Source of the DNA: Gammaproteobacteria bacterium
GTDB lineage: Bacteria; Pseudomonadota; Gammaproteobacteria; SURF-13
Reading direction: 5' to 3'
Assembly (NCBI GenBank): GCA_043721815.1
Contig: JAYSPZ010000164.1
Location: 1 to 24,138 of the forward strand
DNA length: 24,138 nt
The notes under the pieces are model-generated. The model did not search any database, was not told the DNA's origin, and was given only the letters and a program-made list of their open reading frames with translations. The stretch's first letter is position 1. Each line of letters starts with the position of its first letter. A program made the position numbers and the translations under genes. Of this stretch, positions 14,899 to 23,764 are shown one piece after another.

Positions 14899-16274
14899 GG
14901 GCTGGCCTCGCATATAAATTCCTCAAATTTTCCGCTGCTGCTGCGGGGTATCTCGGTGGGAAAATAAGTAAATTTCAACTGGAACGGAAATCCGAGCCAC
15001 TCGCGGGTGAGTTCTCTCAACCCGGCTTCTTGCGTGATGGTCAACGGGGAGTCCGATACCAGACGCACCTCCATCATTTCACGATCACGCTGAATGATCT
15101 GAAATTGGCGTATCGGGGCCATGTCGCGGTAATAATAGGCACCCATCAGCGGCCAGTGGCGGCGGCCATCGGGCAATAGCAGCATATTGCGTTCACGTCC
15201 CACGATTCTTTTGAGCGCGGTCAGGCCACGGCCGCACGGGCACGCAGGGCCGACTTCGGCGTAGTCACCGATGCTATAGCGGATGAGCGGTGTGGCGAGA
15301 TTATGCAGGTCGGTAATGACAAGCTGCCCTATTTGTCCCGGCAGGCAAGACTCTCCCTGCTCATCGAGAATCTCGACGATCAGGCTTTCCGACATGACGT
15401 GATACAGGCCGCTCTGCGGACATTGCAGCGCGATGGTGCCCAGTTCCTGTGAACTGTAGGCATCGGCAATATCCACGTTCAGCAATGACCGCGTGGCTGC
15501 GCGCAATTCATCGCCCAATGTTTCGCCTATGGTTCGCACTTGACGCAACCGGGGCAATTTCATGCCGCCTTGCGCAAGCTGTTGCAGTAGCGCGGCGAGG
15601 TTGGTCGGATAGGTGAGCAGATAGTCCGGGTTAAGCTTGGTCAACCACTCGGCCTGCTGCACTATGTCGGTTGTAATCGTTAGCCCATGGGAAGGGCCGC
15701 TTGCGAATAACAGATTAACCGGCGATCCCCAATCCGACCGGGGGGGATTTTGCTCCGGCAAACGTGCGCGTATAACGGCCAATGTTCCACGAAAGTCGCG
15801 TTGCTGCCATAGGTGTTCACGCAGGACGGTGGCCAGCCAGAACAGTTGATTGATGGCCGTGCGCTGCACCACTACCGGCTCTCCGGTCGAACCTGACGAG
15901 CGGGTTTCACTCATCGGCATATGTGCCTTGGGTAACTGTTTGCAAAACAGGCCTTGGCCTGCGGATTGCAAATCGCGGCGGCTCAGGATGGGTAGTTTGC
16001 GCAGCCCTTGCGGAGTCGCCAGATCATCCGGCTGCAACCCTGCCGCTTGCAGCTTGCCATGAAAGTGGGGCGAAAATTTCTGCGCATGCCGGGCCAGCTT
16101 CACCAATTGCCGATGTTGATGCGCGGAAATCTCCTCGGGAGCCAACCACTGAGTTTCTTCCAGTTGATACAGCAAGGCCAGGAGCGGCGCGGTGTTTGCG
16201 CCCGCCAGCGGTGGCCATGTGATGCCCTCGATTCTGCTGCGCAGGGCCGGAAATGTCGCATGTCCTTTCATCAT
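14895..16274 (-). CDS. Phenylacetate-CoA ligase-like (PaaK/CapK family) adenylate-forming enzyme
   Basis: TRSSGSTGEP (A3 loop), YSSQELG (A5), LIRYSIGD (A7), VGRERN (A8), SSSGKF (A10 Lys). ATGA overlap with the methyltransferase stop. Confidence 0.88.
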   Translation of the reverse strand: MMKGHATFPALRSRIEGITWPPLAGANTAPLLALLYQLEETQWLAPEEISAHQHRQLVKLARHAQKFSPHFHGKLQAAGLQPDDLATPQGLRKLPILSRRDLQSAGQGLFCKQLPKAHMPMSETRSSGSTGEPVVVQRTAINQLFWLATVLREHLWQQRDFRGTLAVIRARLPEQNPPRSDWGSPVNLLFASGPSHGLTITTDIVQQAEWLTKLNPDYLLTYPTNLAALLQQLAQGGMKLPRLRQVRTIGETLGDELRAATRSLLNVDIADAYSSQELGTIALQCPQSGLYHVMSESLIVEILDEQGESCLPGQIGQLVITDLHNLATPLIRYSIGDYAEVGPACPCGRGLTALKRIVGRERNMLLLPDGRRHWPLMGAYYYRDMAPIRQFQIIQRDREMMEVRLVSDSPLTITQEAGLRELTREWLGFPFQLKFTYFPTEIPRSSSGKFEEFICEASP

Positions 16275-17101
16275 TCATCGCGCTCCAGAATAAGGGTGGG
16301 GCAACGCTCCGCAAGCTCATAAGACCCTTGTGTCAGGCCAGTTTCCCTGAAGTCCGGCGCGAGTATTGCCCGCACTTGCGCCAAGCTTGGGTAACTGTAG
16401 CGTGCCACCGAGCCAGCGTAGAAATCAATGGTGTTTATCGCTTCCAAAGCCCATCCGGTCGTCTCCGCAAGACTCTTCCTGTCCGGCAACAAGCGATTGA
16501 AGGCCGCGTGGGTATCTGCGACGTTGACGTGGACATCATGGGTCTCTGCGGCCAGCGCCATGGATAGACGCCATTTGAATGCGTGAAAGTTATCTATGCG
16601 TCTGTCGCGTGCCGCAGCGCACACCTCGGCGCATGTTTCTGTCTGCTCCGGGCTGGCGAAGAGTCTGATCAGTATCTTGCCACCGGGCTTGAGTACCTGT
16701 TTGCACTGATCCAACACGCCCCGGTACTGTGAAGGATACGACAGCAGCGTCAGGCTGCCATCTCCGATAATCGCATCGAAAGAATGCGCGGCGAAGGGCA
16801 TTTGCAACCAGTCGCCTTGCACGGCACTTCGCCCGCCATGATTGCCAGGCCAGACGGCAGCGACCATCGCGGCATTATGATCCAAGGCTATTAAATGCCC
16901 GGCCGGACTCGTGAGTTCCGGCGTAACACCGAGCAGCAAATAACTGCCGCCTCCCGGCGCAAGTGCCTGCTGAATGATGCCGACATCCTCGGGACACGGC
17001 CGCAATGGCGAGGCTAATCTATTCCATTTTTGAGCGAGATCGCTCCAGTGGTCTTTAGGTGGATTTTGCATTGAGGTGAGGGAGCCGGAAGTTAGGCCCA
17101 T
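16271..17101 (-). CDS. Class I SAM-dependent methyltransferase-like protein with atypical motif I
   Basis: LIALDH, QGDWLQMPFAAHSFDAIIGDG, VLKPGGKILIR; motif I reads LLLGVTPE. Start could be 17101 or 17071. Confidence 0.8.
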   Translation of the reverse strand: MGLTSGSLTSMQNPPKDHWSDLAQKWNRLASPLRPCPEDVGIIQQALAPGGGSYLLLGVTPELTSPAGHLIALDHNAAMVAAVWPGNHGGRSAVQGDWLQMPFAAHSFDAIIGDGSLTLLSYPSQYRGVLDQCKQVLKPGGKILIRLFASPEQTETCAEVCAAARDRRIDNFHAFKWRLSMALAAETHDVHVNVADTHAAFNRLLPDRKSLAETTGWALEAINTIDFYAGSVARYSYPSLAQVRAILAPDFRETGLTQGSYELAERCPTLILERDE

Positions 17102-17221
17102 TATAACGTGTGCCGTGAATGGTGGCCGGTAAAATTTAAGCGGCGCGGATTAACGGGGTGGGCATCACCCCTGACTATAGAGATTCAGGGAAGACATCCG
17201 GCGCGCACAAGCGAAATGGGT

Positions 17222-17734
17222 TTAGTAAAGCCCCTTTTCTTCAAGTGTCCTGAACAGGCGCTCGATATTTTTATCGCTGAGTGAGCCTCCGGTACGCTCG
17301 ATCAGCTCAATCCGTACGCCGGTGACCGGATCACGCTGTAAAAAGATTTGACGAATTCCTTCCCCGCACAAAATCGGCGTATCGAACTGGCCACCGGCGG
17401 CAGTTATCCGCATGACCGCCTCATCCATGTCCGCGACGGCATAGGCGATGTGACTAACGCCGGGGCCGGATTTATCCAGAAGGAGAGAGATTTGGGATCG
17501 AGGGCAAGTGCCTTGCACCAGCACTACAATGGCGCGCCCTGCCCTCATCACAGCGGACAGCATGCCCGAATGCTCACCCGAGGTGACGCGACGCTCCACC
17601 AGGGTAAATCCCAGGGTCATTTCGTACCATTGGATGGCGGCATCGAGACTCTCCACGGCTATGGAGATGTGATCGATATCCAGAATCAAATCGGCGAGTT
17701 GTGCCGTCGGCTGCTTAATGTCGTCCAAATTCAT
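17222..17734 (-). CDS. VOC/glyoxalase-superfamily protein resembling methylmalonyl-CoA epimerase
   Basis: IDHISIAV, LVQG, GPGVSHIAYAV, IELIER supply candidate metal ligands H/Q/H/E. Start set at ATG 17734; the longer track start runs through a degenerate REP. Confidence 0.85.
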   Translation of the reverse strand: MNLDDIKQPTAQLADLILDIDHISIAVESLDAAIQWYEMTLGFTLVERRVTSGEHSGMLSAVMRAGRAIVVLVQGTCPRSQISLLLDKSGPGVSHIAYAVADMDEAVMRITAAGGQFDTPILCGEGIRQIFLQRDPVTGVRIELIERTGGSLSDKNIERLFRTLEEKGLY

Positions 17735-17782
17735 GCTTGTATTTGCGACGCTAAATCTCGGTTGTTGATTAGGGGGCTGTAT

Positions 17783-17840
17783 GTAGTGTGTGTGGCTAAT
17801 GTAGCACATCCGGGTATTTCGTGCGCACAGCGCACACTAC
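17783..17840. repeat. Second REP doublet (one intact, one degenerate copy)
   Basis: CGTGCGCACAGCGCACACTAC (17820-17840) is 20/21 identical to 14811-14831. The left partner at 17783 begins GTAGTGTG and then diverges. Confidence 0.75.
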
Positions 17841-17857
17841 TCCCTATTTAATAGAGT

Positions 17858-17886
17858 GTGACCCCGCTCCTCTGTGCAGATACAAT
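17858..17886 (+). promoter_or_regulatory. Possible sigma70 promoter of the arabinose-donor operon
   Basis: GTGACC-N17-TACAAT, 32 nt upstream of GTG 17919, which has an AGGA SD. Confidence 0.4.
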
Positions 17887-17918
17887 GGTAGGCATTTATC
17901 AGCTAACAGGAAATAGCC

Positions 17919-19343
17919 GTGAGTTTGCCCCCATTAGCCATCGATCTCGATGGCACCTTATTAGACTCGGATCTATTGATCGAGTCCGGCCTCACTTTTA
18001 TGCGCGCGCGGCCAATGCATATATTTTATCCGCTGGGCTGGCTGGCATCCGGTAAGGCGCGTCTCAAAGAAAGCTTGGCGAGCGTTGCGGAGATTGATGT
18101 CACCTGCCTCCCCTACAATGCCCAGGTCATTGCCTTCATCAAGGCAGAGCGTGCGATGGGTAGGCAGATCATCCTGGTTACGGCCAGCCATCAAATCTAT
18201 GCCGACCAGATAGCCAGGCACTTACAGCTCTTTGATCGTGTTTTGGCTACGCAGGGTGATATTAATCTGAGCGCACACAATAAGCGCGACAAACTGGTCG
18301 GGGAATTTGGCACAGGCGGTTTTGACTATGTCGGCAATGCACACGACGACCTGCCGGTCTGGGCGGCTGCGCGCCATGCGTACCTTGTGAATCCGGCTCG
18401 CGGCGTTGAGGCGAAGGCCAGGTCGCAGGGGAATGTCGCGCAGGTCATGTCCACGCCGCGTAACCCATTCAGGTCGTGGGCAAAGGCGCTACGCTTTCAT
18501 CAGTGGACGAAAAACCTGTTGATCTTTGTGCCGCTCCTGGCCAGTCACCAACTAGGACAAGTGGACTTACTGCTGAACGGGCTGCTTGCCTTTGTCTTTT
18601 TCGGGCTGTGCGCCTCCAGTGCCTATCTGCTTAATGATCTGCTCGATCTGGTTGACGACAGACACCATGCCACGAAACGCCATCGCCCTTTCGCTTCCGG
18701 TCAGTTGTCGGTCAAGGCGGGTTTACTCGTCTGTCCACTCTTGCTCATTGCTGCCTTTGTCGGATCCGTGTACTTATTGCCCTTGCCATTCACTTTGGCT
18801 TTGGCAAGTTACTATCTCTTGACGCTCGCCTATTCCATTTCACTCAAGCGTTTGATCGTGGTGGATGTGATAACCCTGGCCCTGCTTTATACGCTGCGCA
18901 TCATCGCCGGCACCCTGGCCTTTGAGGTGTCGCTGACCTTCTGGATGCTGGCGTTTTCCATGTTCATTTTCTTGAGCATGGCACTGGTAAAACGCTACGC
19001 CGAGCTGCGCGAGGCCCGCAATAATGGTCGGGTGGAGAAGACCAGGGGACGGGGTTACTACCCGGACGATCTGGAAATGATCTCCTCGCTGGGGGCGGCC
19101 TCCGGTTATCTATCGGTCATGGTGCTGGCCCTCTATATTCAGGATCAGCAAACGGTTGCACTTTATCAACATCCTCAAGTGATCTGGCTGGCCTGCCCTC
19201 TTTTGCTGTTTTGGATCAGTAGAATCTGGCTGCTGACCCATCGTGGTCAAATGCACGATGATCCGATCGTGTTCGCCCTGCAAGATCGCGTGAGTCTGCT
19301 GCTGGGAGTCCTGTTTGGTGCAATCTTCTGGATTGCGATGTGA
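17919..19343 (+). CDS. HAD-like domain fused to UbiA-family polyprenyl-phosphate phosphoribosyltransferase
   Basis: N-terminal IDLDGTL, LVTAS, YVGNAHDD (HAD); C-terminal HQWTKNLLIF, YLLNDLLDLVDDRHHATKRHRPFASG, MHDDPIVFA (DPPR-synthase-type UbiA). Confidence 0.92.
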   Translation: MSLPPLAIDLDGTLLDSDLLIESGLTFMRARPMHIFYPLGWLASGKARLKESLASVAEIDVTCLPYNAQVIAFIKAERAMGRQIILVTASHQIYADQIARHLQLFDRVLATQGDINLSAHNKRDKLVGEFGTGGFDYVGNAHDDLPVWAAARHAYLVNPARGVEAKARSQGNVAQVMSTPRNPFRSWAKALRFHQWTKNLLIFVPLLASHQLGQVDLLLNGLLAFVFFGLCASSAYLLNDLLDLVDDRHHATKRHRPFASGQLSVKAGLLVCPLLLIAAFVGSVYLLPLPFTLALASYYLLTLAYSISLKRLIVVDVITLALLYTLRIIAGTLAFEVSLTFWMLAFSMFIFLSMALVKRYAELREARNNGRVEKTRGRGYYPDDLEMISSLGAASGYLSVMVLALYIQDQQTVALYQHPQVIWLACPLLLFWISRIWLLTHRGQMHDDPIVFALQDRVSLLLGVLFGAIFWIAM

Positions 19344-20662
19344 CTTCTGCGAAGCTTGGCTCCTGGGGGCGCTACCCCCCCTATATGCAAACGGCGCACC
19401 CCAGCCACTGGCGGGTCGATTTGAAAAAGGATGTCGCTCAATTGGTACGCGCCCACGGTACCACACTACCCTTCGGTAACGGACGCAGCTACGGTGACAG
19501 TTGTCTGGCATCGTCCGACCATGTTCTGCACATGCGTGGCGTGAATCGTTTCATCTCCGTCGATTGGAACGCGGGCGTGATCGTGGCCGAGGCGGGTGTC
19601 ACCCTGGAGGAGATACTGACGGTTGCAATTCCGCGCGGCTGGTTTTTACCCGTTACCCCCGGCACAAAATACGTTACGCTGGGCGGCGCCTTGGCCAATG
19701 ATGTGCACGGTAAAAATCATCACGTGCGCGGCACGTTTGGCTGCCACGTGCGACGCTTTAGCTTGGTGCGTTCCGACCGGCCTGCGGTCATTTGCTCCGC
19801 CGACGAAAACTCGGAACTCTTCGCAGCAACGATAGGCGGGCTTGGCCTTACCGGCATTATCGAATGGCTGGAATTGCAGCTCATCCCCATCCGATCCAGC
19901 CTGGTCGATACAACTACTATCCGCTTCGATTCCCTGAGTGAGTTTTTTGCGCTATCACGCGATCTCGATGCGCGTCATGAATACACGGTGGCCTGGGTGG
20001 ATTGCTTGGCTAAAGGTACTTCCGCAGGACGTGGGATATTTACGGTCGGCGATCATGCTGAACAAGGCCCTCTGGAAATCAGCACTCAGCGTAAGATCAC
20101 CCTGCCGTTCACGCCCCCCGTTTCAGCGATCAACCGATTCAGTCTGCGGCCGTTCAATTACGCCTATTACCACCTGCACAAGACCGGACGGCAACGCGCC
20201 TCGCTTGGCTACGATCCGTTTTTCTATCCCCTGGACGCCATACTCCAATGGAACCGCCTCTACGGACACCGGGGCTTGCAGCAATTTCAATGCGTGATCC
20301 CGGATAGACAGGCTGAGGCAGGGATACATGAATTACTACAGGCCATCGCACAGAGCGGCAGCGGATCGTTTCTTTCCGTATTAAAGCGCTGCGGCGACAT
20401 CACCTCACCGGGGCTGTTGTCGTTCCCGCTGCCGGGGGTTTCACTGGCGCTGGATTTTCCGCAACATCACGGCCTGGACAGAACCCTCTTCCCCCGCCTT
20501 GATGCCATCGTTCGTGAGGTCGGCGGGAGGTTATATCCCGCCAAGGACGCGCATATGTCCGGCGCGGATTTTCGGAACTTTTATCCAAACTGGGTTAAGC
20601 TCGATGCCCTGCGCGACCCCGCTCTCTGTTCACGTTTCTGGAATCGAGTCACCGCACCATGA
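19340..20662 (+). CDS. DprE1-like FAD-dependent polyprenylphosphoryl-ribose oxidase
   Basis: GNGRSYGDS, VTPGTKYVTLGGALANDVHGKNHH, TIGGLGLTGII, FLSVLK, GGRLYPAKD; overlaps neighbours by 4 nt. Confidence 0.92.
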   Translation: MTSAKLGSWGRYPPYMQTAHPSHWRVDLKKDVAQLVRAHGTTLPFGNGRSYGDSCLASSDHVLHMRGVNRFISVDWNAGVIVAEAGVTLEEILTVAIPRGWFLPVTPGTKYVTLGGALANDVHGKNHHVRGTFGCHVRRFSLVRSDRPAVICSADENSELFAATIGGLGLTGIIEWLELQLIPIRSSLVDTTTIRFDSLSEFFALSRDLDARHEYTVAWVDCLAKGTSAGRGIFTVGDHAEQGPLEISTQRKITLPFTPPVSAINRFSLRPFNYAYYHLHKTGRQRASLGYDPFFYPLDAILQWNRLYGHRGLQQFQCVIPDRQAEAGIHELLQAIAQSGSGSFLSVLKRCGDITSPGLLSFPLPGVSLALDFPQHHGLDRTLFPRLDAIVREVGGRLYPAKDAHMSGADFRNFYPNWVKLDALRDPALCSRFWNRVTAP

Positions 20663-21399
20663 AAAAAATAGTGATCGTCGGCGCGACATCCGCCATCGCA
20701 ACGGCTTGCGCACGACTCTGGGCGGCGGAACAGGCCGAGTTTTTTCTGGTCGGGCGCGATACGGAAAAACTGCGGCAAATCGCCAATGACCTGAATGCGC
20801 GTGGCGCGTCCGCCGCGCATACGCATACGCTCGATCTGAATCAATTTGATGCGCATCCTGCGATGCTTGAAACCTGCTTTTCCATCCTGGGACGAGTGGA
20901 CATTGCCTTGTTTGCCCACGGCACTCTGCCCGATCAAAAGGCGTGTGAAAACGATGTCGCCATTGCCTTGCGTGAATTTTCCACCAACGGACTAAGCGTC
21001 ATTGCCCTGCTGACCCTGCTGGCCAATCGTATGGAAGTCCAAGGCTCCGGCACGATTGCCGTGATCTCCTCCGTCGCCGGTGATCGTGGCCGCCCTTCCA
21101 ATTATCTTTACGGTACAGCCAAGGCAGCGGTTACTACTTTTTGTGCGGGGCTGCGGGCACGCCTGTTCAAATCCGGCGTGCATGTCCTGACGATCAAACC
21201 CGGCTTTGTGGATACGCCGATGACACAAGGCCTGCCATTACCCGGGTTATTGGTGGCATCTGCGGAACGTGTGGCAACAGACATTCATCGGGCGATCAGG
21301 CGTAAATCAAACTCCATCTACACACCTTATTTTTGGATCCCGATTATGTTTATGATTAAGGCAATCCCAAACGCCGTATTCAAAAAATTAAGGTTATGA
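20659..21399 (+). CDS. DprE2-like short-chain dehydrogenase/reductase
   Basis: IVGATSAIA, ISSVAGDRGRPSNYLYGTAKAA (YxxxK), IKPGFVDTPMT; directly follows the DprE1-like gene. Confidence 0.92.
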   Translation: MKKIVIVGATSAIATACARLWAAEQAEFFLVGRDTEKLRQIANDLNARGASAAHTHTLDLNQFDAHPAMLETCFSILGRVDIALFAHGTLPDQKACENDVAIALREFSTNGLSVIALLTLLANRMEVQGSGTIAVISSVAGDRGRPSNYLYGTAKAAVTTFCAGLRARLFKSGVHVLTIKPGFVDTPMTQGLPLPGLLVASAERVATDIHRAIRRKSNSIYTPYFWIPIMFMIKAIPNAVFKKLRL

Positions 21400-23753
21400 A
21401 CATTCAAATCGCCAAGGTGATGCGCGGGCTTCCGCAAATACTGCTTGCGGGTCTTTTGAGCATAACGGTGTTGGCCGTGTTTGTGCCACTGAATCCGATC
21501 CAGCCTGGATCCGGCCTGGATCCATCATGGCAATTCGCATTAAATCAGGCGGTGGCCCAAGGCCTGATATTCGGCAAAGACCTGATATTTACTTTTGGCC
21601 CTTACGCATCTATTTATACGCAAGCCTATCACCCGGCAACCGATCATCTGATGGTCTTCGGTGGCCTGTACCTGGCGATCTGCTATACATCGCTGCTTGT
21701 GTTTTGGACAAGGGCGGCACCGCTGTGCTGGCCCTTTACTTTTATCATGCTTCTTGCGGGCTATATATTTTCGCGGGACTCGCTGGTACTCCTGTACCCA
21801 CTGCTTCTTGCGATTGCTGTTTATCGAATCACCCTGCCGGGCGATCAGGGAAATACCATCCCTATCTCAGGAAAATTGGCAGTCTTTTTTTCGCTTCTTT
21901 TTACACCCCTGGGGTTGCTGCCGCTCGTAAAAGGTTCACTTATTCCGATTTCTGGCGTAGTGGCTGTTCTATGCTTCATGCTGTTTTGGCACAGAAAGAA
22001 CAGGACGCTCGCTTACTGGTCGCTATTGTCACCCTGCGCCGCAATGATATTTTTCTGGCTGCTCTCAGGGCAGCCGCTAAGCGGGCTTCCGTACTTCGCC
22101 TTGAACATGATTCCCGTCATCTCAGGTTACACGGAGGCGATGGCCTCCCCGGGAAATGCGCGAGAGGTAATCGCCTATATCACCGCCTCCGCCGGTATTT
22201 TGTATGTCATTGGTACGGCAAAAGGAGCGCCACCAAGCTCTCGCTTATTTCTATTTCTTTCCTTCGGCATTTTCCTGTTTACCGCATTCAAAGGCGGTTT
22301 TGTGCGGCATGATGGGCACGCTATAATAGCCGGGATTAGCATAGTCACCGCCGCAGTACTGCTCAATTTCGCTATCCGGCACAAATATCTAAATACGGTT
22401 TTATTGCTGTCAGTGCTTACATGGGCTTATATCGATAATGGACATGTAGGGTCGTCAACCGTGAGCATCCCGGCCAATATAAAAAGTGTTTACTTGAACG
22501 CCTTTGTCGGGCTAAAGATGCGTGTATTCGAGCACAATAAACTTTACGATAATTTTAATAACAGCGTTGCTGCCATAAGGAAAGATTTCCCCATTGCCCC
22601 CATGAACGGCACAGCGGATATTTACTCCTATAACCAATCATATCTATTGGCCTCCAAAAATAAATGGTCGCCTCGCCCTGTACCACAGAGCTATTCAGCC
22701 TATACCCCCCGCCTCGCCCAGCTTAACGCCTCGCACTTAACAGGCGAGCATGCCCCTGACAATATTATATTTAGAGTCGAACCTATCGATGGAAAATTAC
22801 CCTCACTGGAGGATGGCTTGAGCTGGCCTCTATTGCTGCATAATTATTCACCGAATAAACTGAAAAACGGCTATCTTTATTTAACTAAACGAGCACTACA
22901 AAATATCCCTGCCCCGAGGGTTGATGTATACAGAGAAACCCATAATCTGGGTGAAGAGATTACCCTGCCATCTTCATCAGAATACTTGTTTGCCGAGGTC
23001 GATATTCACCCAACGCTTATCGGGCGCTTGATTTCAATTTTGTACAAACCGCAACGGCTGAAGGCATTTATCGAGCTAAGTGACGGACGCAAAACAAGCT
23101 ATCTAATTATTTCCGTTATGGCCAAATCCGGGTTTTTGATTTCACCGCTGGTGGAAAATACGAAAGAGTTCGCCTTGCTTTTTGGTAATCCTGACCATTT
23201 GAGTGACAAGCGCGTGAAATCCCTGCGCATTTCACCTGACGGTCATAGTTCGATCTTCTGGAATTCCAAATACACCCTGAAGCTGAGCAAGCTTGAGATA
23301 CGAACCGATAGCGATATTACAAAGCTCATCAAGATCGATACACTTCAGGAAAAGATTTCAGAAGGTGCTGATAATTCACCTGCGGAAAACTGTGACGGTG
23401 CCATCGACACCGTGAATGGCATCACCCCTGCCCCATCGAGCATCAAGACAGCGAACTTCTTGTCGATAGCGGGTTGGTTAGCGGTCTCTGCCAAAGATGC
23501 GGTAGTGCCGGATACTGTTTTCGTCACGCTGACCGACCGGCAAGGGAATACATCCTATCTAAAAACCAGAAGCACACCGCGCACTGATGTAAAAGTGTAC
23601 TTTAAGCAGCCCGACATGCCCGATGTTGGCTACGAGATGTCTATGGATGTCTCAAAATTCAAGGGTGATTTTGTCATTGGGTTAGCCCGGGCATACAAGG
23701 GGAAGCTTGGGCACTGCCCACAATTCAATCTGCCCGTGCTCATTGAGCGATAG
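21396..23753 (+). CDS. Large polytopic membrane protein, candidate GT-C (arabinofuranosyl)transferase
   Basis: Many hydrophobic segments in the first approx. 345 aa, GLDPSW...FTFGP motif in the first loop, long soluble C-terminal region; coupled to the DprE2-like gene. Confidence 0.7.
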   Translation: MNIQIAKVMRGLPQILLAGLLSITVLAVFVPLNPIQPGSGLDPSWQFALNQAVAQGLIFGKDLIFTFGPYASIYTQAYHPATDHLMVFGGLYLAICYTSLLVFWTRAAPLCWPFTFIMLLAGYIFSRDSLVLLYPLLLAIAVYRITLPGDQGNTIPISGKLAVFFSLLFTPLGLLPLVKGSLIPISGVVAVLCFMLFWHRKNRTLAYWSLLSPCAAMIFFWLLSGQPLSGLPYFALNMIPVISGYTEAMASPGNAREVIAYITASAGILYVIGTAKGAPPSSRLFLFLSFGIFLFTAFKGGFVRHDGHAIIAGISIVTAAVLLNFAIRHKYLNTVLLLSVLTWAYIDNGHVGSSTVSIPANIKSVYLNAFVGLKMRVFEHNKLYDNFNNSVAAIRKDFPIAPMNGTADIYSYNQSYLLASKNKWSPRPVPQSYSAYTPRLAQLNASHLTGEHAPDNIIFRVEPIDGKLPSLEDGLSWPLLLHNYSPNKLKNGYLYLTKRALQNIPAPRVDVYRETHNLGEEITLPSSSEYLFAEVDIHPTLIGRLISILYKPQRLKAFIELSDGRKTSYLIISVMAKSGFLISPLVENTKEFALLFGNPDHLSDKRVKSLRISPDGHSSIFWNSKYTLKLSKLEIRTDSDITKLIKIDTLQEKISEGADNSPAENCDGAIDTVNGITPAPSSIKTANFLSIAGWLAVSAKDAVVPDTVFVTLTDRQGNTSYLKTRSTPRTDVKVYFKQPDMPDVGYEMSMDVSKFKGDFVIGLARAYKGKLGHCPQFNLPVLIER

Positions 23754-23764
23754 GGAGCAGCAAT

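Noticed and set aside
17155-17190. Two small overlapping hairpins between the VOC and methyltransferase genes
   Set aside because: Only 6-bp stems and no U-tract; expected by chance at this GC content.
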